DNA from: Bradymonadales bacterium
GTDB lineage: Bacteria; Myxococcota_A; UBA9042; PWKZ01
DNA length: 64,000 nt
Assembly (NCBI GenBank): GCA_003559575.1
Contig: PWKZ01000169.1
Coordinates: 197 to 64,196 of the forward strand
Reading direction: 5' to 3'
The translations under genes were made by a program, and so were the position numbers. Positions 9,845-19,246 of this stretch are shown piece after piece; position 1 is the stretch's first letter, and each line of letters starts with the position of its first letter. The notes beneath the pieces are model-generated. The model was not told the DNA's origin and made no database searches. It saw only the letters and a program-made list of their open reading frames with translations.

Positions 9845-11626
9845 ATGTCGCAACAGGACCCCGGAGGGTCGACTGTGCCCTCCCACAACTCTCCGACACT
9901 GTTGATCGGTCTGGGTGGGCTCGGCCGAGAGGTCATTTTTCGCACACGCCGACGCCTGTACGAACGCTACCGTCGCACCGAGCTTCCTTTTGTCGATTAC
10001 CTCTGGTTGGACGAGGACATCTCAACCGACCCGATCCCTGAATTGCCCACTCGCATCGCCGGCAAAGTGGCGCTGCCGGTGGAGCGAAGGGTGTCATTGG
10101 CGCTCGATCCACCGGATGCGCTCGAGTTCACACGACGGCAAGCCGATTCCGGTCATGAAGAGTACGCCTCCTTCGCCGAGATTTTGAAGCGCAGTCCCTC
10201 GTTCCCGCGCTCGAGACTTTTGGGTAGGTTGGCGCTGGAGCACAAGTCGGGCGAAGCCACCCAGAAACTGCGCGCCGCGCTTGCCGCCATCTCGTCCGAC
10301 ACCGCGCGAGAATCATCTCGAGCGCTCGGCTTCGAAGTCGCCACCGACAGCGCGCCGCAGGTGATTCTCATCTGCAGCCTTGCCGGCGGGATCGGCTCGG
10401 GCGCACTATTGGCGATGGCGCAGATCGTTCGCCGCGAGTGTCCCGACGCTCACGTGCGAGGGATCCTGTTCTTGTCCGGCCTCTTCATGGCGCACGACGT
10501 CCGCCGCCGCCGGATTGCCATGTCCAACGGCTACGCCGCATGCCGCGAACTAACGGCCGATCAAGAGCGCGCCGAGCGGCCGCTCGTCGATCTGCTCTAC
10601 TTGATCGACCGCGAGAACGCAGCCGGAAGCCGCCCCATCGATCCGCTCGAACCGCTGGAGATGGTCGCGGAAACTCTGACCCTGGAGTTCTCGCGCTCCG
10701 AGATGGCGGCCGCGCTGCGGCGGGAACGTTATCGACTACCTCGAGCGCGCGGGTTCAGATCCTTCGGGCTTGCAGGAGTGGCTCCCGGCGGCGGGCGGTT
10801 GCGGAGTGCCGCCGCGTACCTCTTGGGCGCCGAATTGCTGGACTTCTTCGCCGCTCCTGAAGCGCGCCCGGCACCGAGCGATTGCGGCTTTGAAGGCCCC
10901 TGGCCGACAGAGAAAATTTCTGCCGCGGCACGCGACATTCGGGAAGAATTCGAGACCTACGACATTCCTCCGGTGGAGGAGCGAAATGAAGAGATCTCGA
11001 CCGCATATGACCTGCGAAAGCTGCTCTACGAGCATTTGCGCACCGAACTCAATCTCCCTGCCTCGGCACAGACAATCAAGGTAATCGAGGAGCTGGCCAC
11101 GCGGCTGCCCCGCTTTATCGCCACTGCGCCGGTTGCCGGCGCGGAGCCCAGCGACCCCGTCGAGTTGTTTTTGGATCGTTTGGAGCAGTTCTGCCTCAAC
11201 GCCTGCAGCCACCTGGATCGCCGTGTCGTGGAATCGGGACCGATAGTCGACCACGCCACGCTGGCGCGAATGCTCGAATCCTTATGCGCGTGGTCCGAGC
11301 CGTGGGCGCCGATTGCGCCCCCGCTCCAGAAGGGCGAGGAACGCTCACTGGTGGGCGGGGGCCTGCCGCGCGAGGTCCCGATGTTGCTCTCTCTGGACGC
11401 TCCGCTCTTCGCCCACCACCCCGGCAGCATCTCTTTGTACCGTGAGTCGGCGAGCCTCCCCCCTTCACGCTACAACACTTTCGCCGCATGTCGGCGTGAA
11501 TATCTCGAGTTCTCCGCCGAAGAGCCCGCGAGCTCGGCTCACCGACACACCGTCGCGCGTCCCGATGACCTCCCTGACCCGCTCGTCGAGGCGCCCCGGG
11601 ACTCCGCGGACACTCCGGCTACGTAA
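9845..11626 (+). CDS. divergent tubulin/FtsZ-superfamily GTPase-like protein (Tubulin_2-like)
   Basis: N-terminal Gly-rich loop LLIGLGGLGREV and later SLAGGIGSG resembling the tubulin signature GGGTGSG. AGGAGG-like RBS before the ATG. No other family motif recognised. Confidence 0.45.
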   Translation: MSQQDPGGSTVPSHNSPTLLIGLGGLGREVIFRTRRRLYERYRRTELPFVDYLWLDEDISTDPIPELPTRIAGKVALPVERRVSLALDPPDALEFTRRQADSGHEEYASFAEILKRSPSFPRSRLLGRLALEHKSGEATQKLRAALAAISSDTARESSRALGFEVATDSAPQVILICSLAGGIGSGALLAMAQIVRRECPDAHVRGILFLSGLFMAHDVRRRRIAMSNGYAACRELTADQERAERPLVDLLYLIDRENAAGSRPIDPLEPLEMVAETLTLEFSRSEMAAALRRERYRLPRARGFRSFGLAGVAPGGGRLRSAAAYLLGAELLDFFAAPEARPAPSDCGFEGPWPTEKISAAARDIREEFETYDIPPVEERNEEISTAYDLRKLLYEHLRTELNLPASAQTIKVIEELATRLPRFIATAPVAGAEPSDPVELFLDRLEQFCLNACSHLDRRVVESGPIVDHATLARMLESLCAWSEPWAPIAPPLQKGEERSLVGGGLPREVPMLLSLDAPLFAHHPGSISLYRESASLPPSRYNTFAACRREYLEFSAEEPASSAHRHTVARPDDLPDPLVEAPRDSADTPAT

Positions 11627-11706
11627 CACGCCAACCGCAAGGAGACCCTCCAACGGCAGAAGATCGCCTCGCCGGGCGGTGAGGCCTTTGCAAGGGACTG
11701 TATGCC

Positions 11707-13644
11707 ATGGCCCGGACTGATTACACTGAAAAAGATATCAAGGTGCTCGAGGGTCTGGCCGCGGTCCGCCGCCGCCCCGGGATGTACATCGGCTCCACCG
11801 GCTCACGCGGGCTGCATCATCTCGTCTACGAGATCGTGGACAACTCGGTGGATGAAGCCCTCGCCGGGTACTGCAGCCGAATCGATGTTCGCCTCGATCC
11901 CGGCGAAGTAGTGACGATCAAGGATGATGGCCGCGGCATCCCCACCGGGACGCATGAAAGCGGCATCCCCACCACGGAAGTGATCTTCACCAAACTACAC
12001 GCCGGCGGCAAATTCGACTCAGAGAGCTACAAAGTCTCCGGCGGGCTACATGGCGTCGGAGCGTCGGTGGTCAACGCGCTGTCGGATTTCTTCGAGGTCG
12101 AGAGCCGACGCGACTCGGTCATCCATCGCCAGCGATTCGAACGCGGGGATGAAACGATTGGGCCCCTCGAACGGCTGGGCCCCACCTCAACCTGCGGGAC
12201 GACTATCCGTTTTCACCCCGACCCATTGATCTTCAAGACGATCCACTTCGACAGAACGCTTATCGCGCGGCGTCTGCAGGAGCTCGCATACCTGAGTGCC
12301 GGCGTCAAGATGACCCTCACCGACGCCCGCGAGACGCCGCAGTGGCGCGAAGCGTGGTGTTATGAAGGGGGGATCGTGGCATTCACCGAATACATGAACG
12401 AAGGCCGCGTGCCCGTGCACGAGCCGCTCTTCTTCCAGGACGCCGAGTCGGGGATCGAGGTCGCGTGTGCGCTACAGTACCACGACGGCTACAACGAGTC
12501 CCTGATGAGCTTCGTCAACTGCATCCACACCGCCGAGGGCGGTCAGCACGAGACCGGTTTCCGCAGCGCTCACACCCGCGTGATGAACGAGTATGCGCGA
12601 CGCTACGGCATCTGGAAGCGCAAGGAGAACCTCTCTGGTGAGGATCTGCGCGAGGGGATGACGGCGGTCTTGAGCCTACGCATGCCGGAGACCGAGTTCG
12701 AGGGACAGACCAAGACGCGGCTCGGGAACCCCGAGGCCCGAACCGTGGTGGACGGCGTCGTCACGCGCCGCCTGTCGGCTTATCTGGAAGAGAACCCCGA
12801 CGAGGCCCGCAAGATCATTGACAAGGCCTGCCGTGCGATGCAGGCCCGTTCTGCCGCCCGGCGGGCCCGTGAAGCGTCCCGGAAGGGCAAGGAGAACACC
12901 GGCCGATCATCGCTCGGCGGCAAGCTCACGCGTTGTTCGAGCCGGAAAACCGAGGAGACGGAGCTGATAATCGTCGAGGGCGACTCGGCCGGGGGCTCGG
13001 CCAAGAAAGCCCGAGACCGCCGGGTTCAGGCGATTTTGCCGCTCAGAGGTAAACCGCTCAACACCGAGCGCGCACCGCTGACCAAGGTCCTGCAAAATCG
13101 AGAGATGTTGACCATCATCCAAGCCCTCGGCGCCGGAGTTGGGGCCGACTTCAATCTCGATGAGACCCGCTACGGGAAAGTGGTCATCCTCGCGGACGCC
13201 GATGACGACGGCGCGCATATCCGCTGCCTCTTGCTCACATTTCTCTATCGCCACATGCGCCCCCTCATCAATGCGGGGAGGGTGTTTATCGCCCAACCGC
13301 CGTTATTCAAGGTCGAGCGCGGCGGCAAACGTCGCGCCACCGTCTATGCCTGGAATCATGAGGAGCTTGCCGCGGCGTTATCCAAGCTCGGCAAGGGCGC
13401 GACCATCCAACGGTTCAAGGGGTTGGGTGAGATGGCCCCAGGGCAGCTGTGGGAAACGACCCTCGATCCCGCGACCCGAACCCTCCTTCGAGTCCAAATC
13501 GAAGACGCCGCGGCGATCGAGCATCAGGTCAGCGTCCTGATGGGCGACAGCGCCTCGCTCCGCCGTGAATGGTTGAGTAAAAACGTCTCGTTTGGGGTCG
13601 ATCCCCTCGGGGATGCGACCGAGCTGGCACGCAATCCCGAATGA
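11707..13644 (+). CDS. gyrB: DNA gyrase subunit B
   Basis: GHKL ATPase and TOPRIM motifs (HAGGKFD, GLHGVGASVVNALS, EGDSAGGSAKKARDR, PLRGKPLN). Followed directly by gyrA. Confidence 0.9.
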   Translation: MARTDYTEKDIKVLEGLAAVRRRPGMYIGSTGSRGLHHLVYEIVDNSVDEALAGYCSRIDVRLDPGEVVTIKDDGRGIPTGTHESGIPTTEVIFTKLHAGGKFDSESYKVSGGLHGVGASVVNALSDFFEVESRRDSVIHRQRFERGDETIGPLERLGPTSTCGTTIRFHPDPLIFKTIHFDRTLIARRLQELAYLSAGVKMTLTDARETPQWREAWCYEGGIVAFTEYMNEGRVPVHEPLFFQDAESGIEVACALQYHDGYNESLMSFVNCIHTAEGGQHETGFRSAHTRVMNEYARRYGIWKRKENLSGEDLREGMTAVLSLRMPETEFEGQTKTRLGNPEARTVVDGVVTRRLSAYLEENPDEARKIIDKACRAMQARSAARRAREASRKGKENTGRSSLGGKLTRCSSRKTEETELIIVEGDSAGGSAKKARDRRVQAILPLRGKPLNTERAPLTKVLQNREMLTIIQALGAGVGADFNLDETRYGKVVILADADDDGAHIRCLLLTFLYRHMRPLINAGRVFIAQPPLFKVERGGKRRATVYAWNHEELAAALSKLGKGATIQRFKGLGEMAPGQLWETTLDPATRTLLRVQIEDAAAIEHQVSVLMGDSASLRREWLSKNVSFGVDPLGDATELARNPE

Positions 13645-13673
13645 TTCCAGACCGCCACCGCGGAGATTGATCG

Positions 13674-16295
13674 ATGAGTAAAGCACAAAACGACGTGCAC
13701 GACGCCATACTCGACATCGGGCTCGATCAGGAGCTTGGGATCTCCTATGGGCGTTATGCCCAGACCATCATCCTGGACCGAGCCATCCCCGATGTCCGCG
13801 ACGGGCTCAAGCCCGTTCAGCGCCGTATCCTGTATGCCATGTTCAACGGGCGCAACATGCCTGACAAGCCCTATCGCAAGAGCGCCAAGACCATCGGCGA
13901 TGTGATGGGCAACTACCACCCCCACGGCGACCAGAGCATCTATGAGGCGCTCGTTCGGTTGTCGCAACCGTGGAAGATGCGGCAACCGCTGGTGGATGGG
14001 CACGGCAATTTCGGCTCTATCGACGATGATCCGCCGGCCGCGATGCGTTATACGGAGGCCCGGTTGGCCCCCGCTTCGTTGGAGCTCCTGGCGGAGATCG
14101 AGAACGACACCGTCCCCTGGCGATTGAATTTCGATGAGTCGACCACCGAGCCCGAGGTGTTGCCGGCCGCGTATCCCAACCTTCTGGCCAACGGCGCCTC
14201 GGGGGTCTCCACCGGCTTCGCCACCGAGATCCCGCCGCACAACCTGAGCGAGGTGTGCGAAGCGGTTTGCCTCCGCATCGATCACCCCCAATCCGGTGTC
14301 GATGAGCTTTTGGACGTGATGCCGGGGCCGGACTTTCCCACCGGCGGCATCGTCCTCGGACGCGACGGAATCCGCGAAGCCTATGAAACGGGGCGCGGCC
14401 GAGTGAAGATCCGCGCCCGCCACACAATGGAGCGTGGCGAGGGGGGACGTCCGCTGTTTGTGGTTCACGAGCTTCCCTACGGAGTGGTGAAAGCCAACCT
14501 GGTGCGGGAGCTCGACCAGCTCCGGCAAAATCGCGCCGTCCAAGGCCTGGTCGACGTCCGCGATGAGAGCGACCGGGAAGGCCTCCGGCTCATCATCGAG
14601 GTCCAACGCGGAGCCGACGAGGAGGGGATCTGGAACTATTTGCTGCGCAAGACCTCCCTTCAGGTCTATTTCCATTTCAACATGGTGGCGATTCACGAGC
14701 ACCGCCCCTTCGAGTCGGGCGTGATAGGGCTCCTGGACGCTTATCTCGACCATCGACGTAAGGTGCTGCGGCAGAGCGCGACCTTCAAATTGAAAAAGAC
14801 GATGGAGCGTCTCCATCTCGTCGAGGGTCTTATCCGCGCGGTGGATGTGCTCGATGAGGTCATCGCCACCATACGCGCTTCGGAGGACCGCGCTCGAGCC
14901 CACTCCGCGCTGATGGAGCGCTTCGCCTTCACCGACGCCCAGACCGAGGCCATCCTCGACCTCCGTTTGCACCGCTTGACAGGGCTCCAGATCAACGCGC
15001 TGCGCGCCGAGTTAGACGAGCTCAACAAAAAGCGGGCGGCTCTCGAGCGCCTCCTCGGCAGCCAAAAGCTGATGGACAAGGAGATAAAGATTGGTCTCAG
15101 GGATGTCGCCAAACGTCTCGGGGATGCTCGTCGCACCGAGATCCAAGATGAGACCGGCAATCAGGAGGTCGCGCTGGAGGTGCGCGTCAAGCCTCAACCA
15201 ACCGTCGTGGTGGTCACCGATCGCGGCTACATCAAGCGCTCCTCGCTGCAGAGCTTCATGGCCGCCGGTGGTTCGCCCGAGTCCGCGGGAGTGCGGGACG
15301 GCGACTTCCCCCGGTTCGTTCTCACCACCAACACAATCCACAGGGTGCTGCTGTTCACCGCGCGGGGGGCGGTCTACAGCTTGCCGGCCCACATGATACC
15401 GGAGGCACGGTTCACCGATCTGGGCATGGCGTTGGTCAATGTGGTGCCGTTCGAAAAGGACGACCAGTTGGTTGGGGTCGTCGCGCCGGAGAGCTACTCC
15501 GAGGAACACGCGCTCGTCTTTCTAACTGAGCGAGGGCAACTGAAACTCACCACTCTGGACCATTTCGATCTACGCCGCTCCGGGGCCTCGGTGGCGACAC
15601 GACTTTTGGGCAAGGACCGTGTCGCGGCTGTCATCTCCGTGGCGGCTGAATCCGACCTCCTCGTTTTGACCAGGCTGGGGCAGAGCATCCGCTTCCCCCT
15701 CGCGCAGGTGAATCCCCAAGGCCGCAACGCCCGGGGCGTCAGAGCCATGGGCGTCGATCCGGGCGATGCCGTGGTGACCGGATTGTCGGTGCCGCCCGCC
15801 GCGGAGTTGACTTGCCAGGTGGCGATTTTTACGCAATCCGGTAAAGGGAAACGCACCCCCCTCGAGAGTTATCCCCGACAGCATCGTGGCGGCAAAGGAG
15901 TCCGCACAGTCATGGGCCGCGGGAGACAACCACACCTGCTATGCGCCGCGGCCCTCACCTCGAGCGACGAGAATCTGTTTCTGCTGTTCGACAACGAGGG
16001 GGTGGCGTGCCGAATCGCGAGCCGCGAGCTTCGTTGCACTCGGCGCGATGGGAACGTCTTCAAGATCTCCGCGCTCGCCGGGAAAAGAGGGCTCAAGGCG
16101 GCGCTCCCGGTGGCCCCCGAGGGCAACGGGGCGGAGGGAGACGCCTCCCCGGAGTCGGGTGAAGGTGATGCCGCCCCCGTGCCCACCGAGAATGAAAACA
16201 CGCCTGCACCACCCGATCAGAGCCCGTCTCCGAGCCACCAACTTACTCTCCTCCCTACCAAGCCGGCCGATGGCGGGGAGGGAGACCCAGATTGA
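13674..16295 (+). CDS. gyrA: DNA gyrase subunit A
   Basis: Active-site region AMRYTEARL and GyrA-box RQHRGGKG (distinguishes GyrA from ParC). Acidic, Pro-rich C-terminal tail. Confidence 0.9.
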   Translation: MSKAQNDVHDAILDIGLDQELGISYGRYAQTIILDRAIPDVRDGLKPVQRRILYAMFNGRNMPDKPYRKSAKTIGDVMGNYHPHGDQSIYEALVRLSQPWKMRQPLVDGHGNFGSIDDDPPAAMRYTEARLAPASLELLAEIENDTVPWRLNFDESTTEPEVLPAAYPNLLANGASGVSTGFATEIPPHNLSEVCEAVCLRIDHPQSGVDELLDVMPGPDFPTGGIVLGRDGIREAYETGRGRVKIRARHTMERGEGGRPLFVVHELPYGVVKANLVRELDQLRQNRAVQGLVDVRDESDREGLRLIIEVQRGADEEGIWNYLLRKTSLQVYFHFNMVAIHEHRPFESGVIGLLDAYLDHRRKVLRQSATFKLKKTMERLHLVEGLIRAVDVLDEVIATIRASEDRARAHSALMERFAFTDAQTEAILDLRLHRLTGLQINALRAELDELNKKRAALERLLGSQKLMDKEIKIGLRDVAKRLGDARRTEIQDETGNQEVALEVRVKPQPTVVVVTDRGYIKRSSLQSFMAAGGSPESAGVRDGDFPRFVLTTNTIHRVLLFTARGAVYSLPAHMIPEARFTDLGMALVNVVPFEKDDQLVGVVAPESYSEEHALVFLTERGQLKLTTLDHFDLRRSGASVATRLLGKDRVAAVISVAAESDLLVLTRLGQSIRFPLAQVNPQGRNARGVRAMGVDPGDAVVTGLSVPPAAELTCQVAIFTQSGKGKRTPLESYPRQHRGGKGVRTVMGRGRQPHLLCAAALTSSDENLFLLFDNEGVACRIASRELRCTRRDGNVFKISALAGKRGLKAALPVAPEGNGAEGDASPESGEGDAAPVPTENENTPAPPDQSPSPSHQLTLLPTKPADGGEGDPD

Positions 16296-16375
16296 CACTC
16301 CAAGGGCGTTGTTGCTAGTCTGCCGCCCCGCCGGGCGTCATCGGCGAGGAAACCGAGATTGTTTGCGGAGGAAAT

Positions 16376-16990
16376 ATGGGCGCGTTCACCGGGAGCATCA
16401 CTTATAAACAATATTTCGTCGACGGCGATTTGCCGGACGGCTTTCGCGACCAGTTCGAGACCGCGCTGCGAGAGAACGCCTTCCGCGAGCTCGATCACGG
16501 CGAAGAGCGTTCGCTCGGGTGGGTGACGAGTGAAGATCTGCTCGACGCCGACTTTGCGTTACCCAAGTTCTTGTTCGGCCACTTCATGGTGATGGCGTTG
16601 CGCGAGGATTGCATCAAAATCCCCCCAACAACCCTCAAGGTCCACATCCAGCAGGAGGAGACGTTGACCCGCCAGCGGCTCAAGCGCGAACGGTTGAGCA
16701 AGTTCGAGCGAGACGAGATCCGCGAAGCGGTCCAGAAACGCCTCCTCGGTAAAATGCTGCCGACTATCCGGGCATATGATGTCGTCTGGAACCTCGAGAC
16801 CCGCGCCGTGTGGTTTTGGACTCACAACCGCGCGCTCGCAGAGACTTTCGAGGATCTCTTCGAACGGACTTTCGGACTTCGGCTCGTTCCGTACAACACC
16901 TATTGCGCGCTGCAATTTGCCGGACTGCCCGAGCGCGATATGGAGCGAGCGCTGGAGCTCGAACCAGCCGATCTCATCACCGGATCCTGA
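16376..16990 (+). CDS. RdgC-like recombination-associated protein (N-terminal portion)
   Basis: By eye, colinear similarity to the first ~180 aa of E. coli RdgC (AF...GWV, VMALREDCIKIPPTTLK vs VICARKEEKILPSPVIK, LRLVP vs LPVVP). Assignment is tentative. Confidence 0.4.
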   Translation: MGAFTGSITYKQYFVDGDLPDGFRDQFETALRENAFRELDHGEERSLGWVTSEDLLDADFALPKFLFGHFMVMALREDCIKIPPTTLKVHIQQEETLTRQRLKRERLSKFERDEIREAVQKRLLGKMLPTIRAYDVVWNLETRAVWFWTHNRALAETFEDLFERTFGLRLVPYNTYCALQFAGLPERDMERALELEPADLITGS

Positions 16991-17093
16991 ACCGGCCGGC
17001 GCGGTCGAGACGCCCTCGAGTCGGTTTGCCGGCGCGAGTGAACGCTTGAAGAGATAGAGGCCGGGTCGCCTTTTTGAGACAAGGAGCTTCAAA

Positions 17094-17612
17094 ATGGATC
17101 TCGTGGATCGCATCAACAACACCCGTTTTCTCGGCAAAGAGTTTCTCACCTGGCTGTGGTTCAAGAGTGACACCAACGAGGGGCTCATCAAGCTCAACGG
17201 CGACGAGACCGTCGAGTTGTGGTTCGATGACAAGCTGGTGCTGGCCGGTGTCGACGCAGCCCGCGATCAGAACATCATCAAGACCGAGGCGCCCACCGAG
17301 AGCGCCGAGGCGCAGACCGCCCTACTCCAGCGCAAGAAAGTCAGCCAGGCCAAGCTGAGGATAGTCGCCGGTCAGCGCGCCTGGAGTTTCACCATCGCGG
17401 GCGACACGCTGGCGCTCTCGGGGGTCAGGATCCCGGCGATCCTGACGCGCGAGGAAGACGACCAGCTCCAAGAGCGCCTCTATTTGATAGAGGAACTCAA
17501 CAACTACCTGCTGGCGCTCTATCGGGGGTTCGTCGAGCTGCGACTCGACAAGGAGAGATGGGCCTCCGAGCTAACCGCGATGCGTGCCTGGGTGCATGAG
17601 ACGAGAGACTAA
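17094..17612 (+). CDS. hypothetical protein, possibly the RdgC C-terminal portion
   Basis: 172-aa ORF, 103 bp after the previous ORF. Contains WLWFKSD (compare RdgC N-terminal MLWFKNL) and weak similarity to the RdgC C-terminal half. Could be the second half of a split rdgC or a paralog. Confidence 0.3.
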   Translation: MDLVDRINNTRFLGKEFLTWLWFKSDTNEGLIKLNGDETVELWFDDKLVLAGVDAARDQNIIKTEAPTESAEAQTALLQRKKVSQAKLRIVAGQRAWSFTIAGDTLALSGVRIPAILTREEDDQLQERLYLIEELNNYLLALYRGFVELRLDKERWASELTAMRAWVHETRD

Positions 17613-18652
17613 CGCAACTCCTCGCGCACGAACTCCCTCATCACAACAGTGGCGTAAGCGCCGGACGGCAACACAAATGAAAGCTCGATTCCTCTCGGGT
17701 GCGGGCTGACCGCCAGTCCCTCAGGATAGATGAGATTTGCACGGCGGGTACCCAACGCGAGCTTCCCAAATGGTTGAAATGCGCGCGGCTCCAGCCCATA
17801 GGCGGCGAGCACTCGCGCCTCTCGCTCGGCCGCGACGCCCCCGGCGGCGAATGTCTTGCGACCGAATACCGGCCCTGCGTGAACGATTTCGCGCGCTTCG
17901 AGTCGCGCCTGCGCCTCCGAGACATCGTCCACCACGAACATCCCGCCGGTCTCGGTCTTTTTGGCCACATCACCCGCGAGCATGACCCGCAAGAGATCGT
18001 CACCCGCGCGCTCGGCCAGGTAATGGTTGTAAAGCAACGCCTGCGCGGCAGAGATGTTCAGCTTGCGCCGATAGCGATCCCTCGCGCCCGGACCTCTGCG
18101 AGGATCGGCAATTAGCCGCAGGCCGTCGCTTGCCGTTTGACCCTCCCTCCCGAACCGCTGAGGGCCAAAGGCGTTGGGGATCCCGTGCGCGTTGATCGAT
18201 GCCACGATATCGCGGGCCGCCTCGAGCGCGCCCGGACCGACACCGGATAAAACAATCCGGAACCGGTTGCCGAGGACGTGCCCGGTCTTGAGCCGGTTGG
18301 TGTGGCGGTCGCGCGACAACACGCGTGCGCCCTCGAGATCGATGTTCTCGATCCCACCTGCCCCCGTTACCGGCACAGAGAAGTATTGAACGGTGACGGC
18401 ATCGCGATCCTTCTGGCCGGCAAAGCCGACCTCACGCGGCGGCACCTTGGCCGCTCCGGCCAGCGCGGTGGCGACGTCGCGGGTCGACAAGAGGCGCTTC
18501 TCCACCTTGAGATAGAGATGATCGCCGCTGCCACACGGGAGATAGGCGGGGATCTCTTCGACGCGAAAGTCCTCCGGACACGCGCGAATTGTCCCGCCCA
18601 CCGCCGGCAGAGTACCGGTGACGAACGGTATCGCGGGGATCCCTAGCGCCAA
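17609..18652 (-). CDS. truD: tRNA pseudouridine(13) synthase TruD
   Basis: Similarity to E. coli TruD (CPEDFRVEEI, REVGFAGQKDRDAVTVQ). 347 aa. Confidence 0.8.
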   Translation of the reverse strand: MALGIPAIPFVTGTLPAVGGTIRACPEDFRVEEIPAYLPCGSGDHLYLKVEKRLLSTRDVATALAGAAKVPPREVGFAGQKDRDAVTVQYFSVPVTGAGGIENIDLEGARVLSRDRHTNRLKTGHVLGNRFRIVLSGVGPGALEAARDIVASINAHGIPNAFGPQRFGREGQTASDGLRLIADPRRGPGARDRYRRKLNISAAQALLYNHYLAERAGDDLLRVMLAGDVAKKTETGGMFVVDDVSEAQARLEAREIVHAGPVFGRKTFAAGGVAAEREARVLAAYGLEPRAFQPFGKLALGTRRANLIYPEGLAVSPHPRGIELSFVLPSGAYATVVMREFVREELR

Positions 18653-19221
18653 TTGAGCTCCTCTTCACCGAAGCACTTGGCACCGAATCGCGACAACACG
18701 AACAGCGCGTCGCCGAGTCGGTTGACCAACGGAACGACCGACTCGCCGACAGTGTCGGACTCGGCCAGACGGATGATATCGCGCTCGGCTCGGCGACAGA
18801 CGGTACGGGCCTGATTGAGCGCGGCGCTCACCACGCCCCCGCCGGGGAGGACAAAACCGGTGAGCCGCGAAAGCTCGCCCTCTAGGCTATCGATCAAGCG
18901 CTCGAGCTGCTGAACATGCTCCGGCGCGATGGTGGCCCGGCCCTCGGTGGCACTGCCGGACGGAGTGGCAAGCTCGGCACCCAGCACGAAGAGCAGATCC
19001 TGAATTGCCAGGAGTTCACTGACGAGCCGCGCGATCGGCAAAACGCTCGCCTCCGCGCGTTCAGTGGCGAAGGCGCGCACAAGCCCGAGCGTGGCGTTGA
19101 GTTCATCCACCGCGCCGTACGCCTCGAGCCGCAGGCTGCTCTTTTCGACCCTTCGGCCCCCAATCAGAGTGGTTCGCCCGCGATCTCCGGCGCGTGTATA
19201 GATCCTGACAGAACCCGCCAT
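18643..19221 (-). CDS. ATP:cob(I)alamin adenosyltransferase, PduO type
   Basis: Motif VRIYTRAGDRGRTTL and the PduO-type helical bundle. Start probably the internal Met (MAGSVRIY). Confidence 0.8.
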   Translation of the reverse strand: MAGSVRIYTRAGDRGRTTLIGGRRVEKSSLRLEAYGAVDELNATLGLVRAFATERAEASVLPIARLVSELLAIQDLLFVLGAELATPSGSATEGRATIAPEHVQQLERLIDSLEGELSRLTGFVLPGGGVVSAALNQARTVCRRAERDIIRLAESDTVGESVVPLVNRLGDALFVLSRFGAKCFGEEELNWR

Positions 19222-19246
19222 AACGGTCTCCTGCGCCCGATTCGCG

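Noticed and set aside
13524-14972. 482-aa minus-strand ORF overlapping gyrB and gyrA
   Set aside because: Antisense to two unambiguous genes. Low-complexity translation.
16296-16375. Possible terminator hairpin after gyrA (GCCGCCCCGCCGGGCG)
   Set aside because: The stem is imperfect and short with no T-tract. Not convincing enough to list as a feature.
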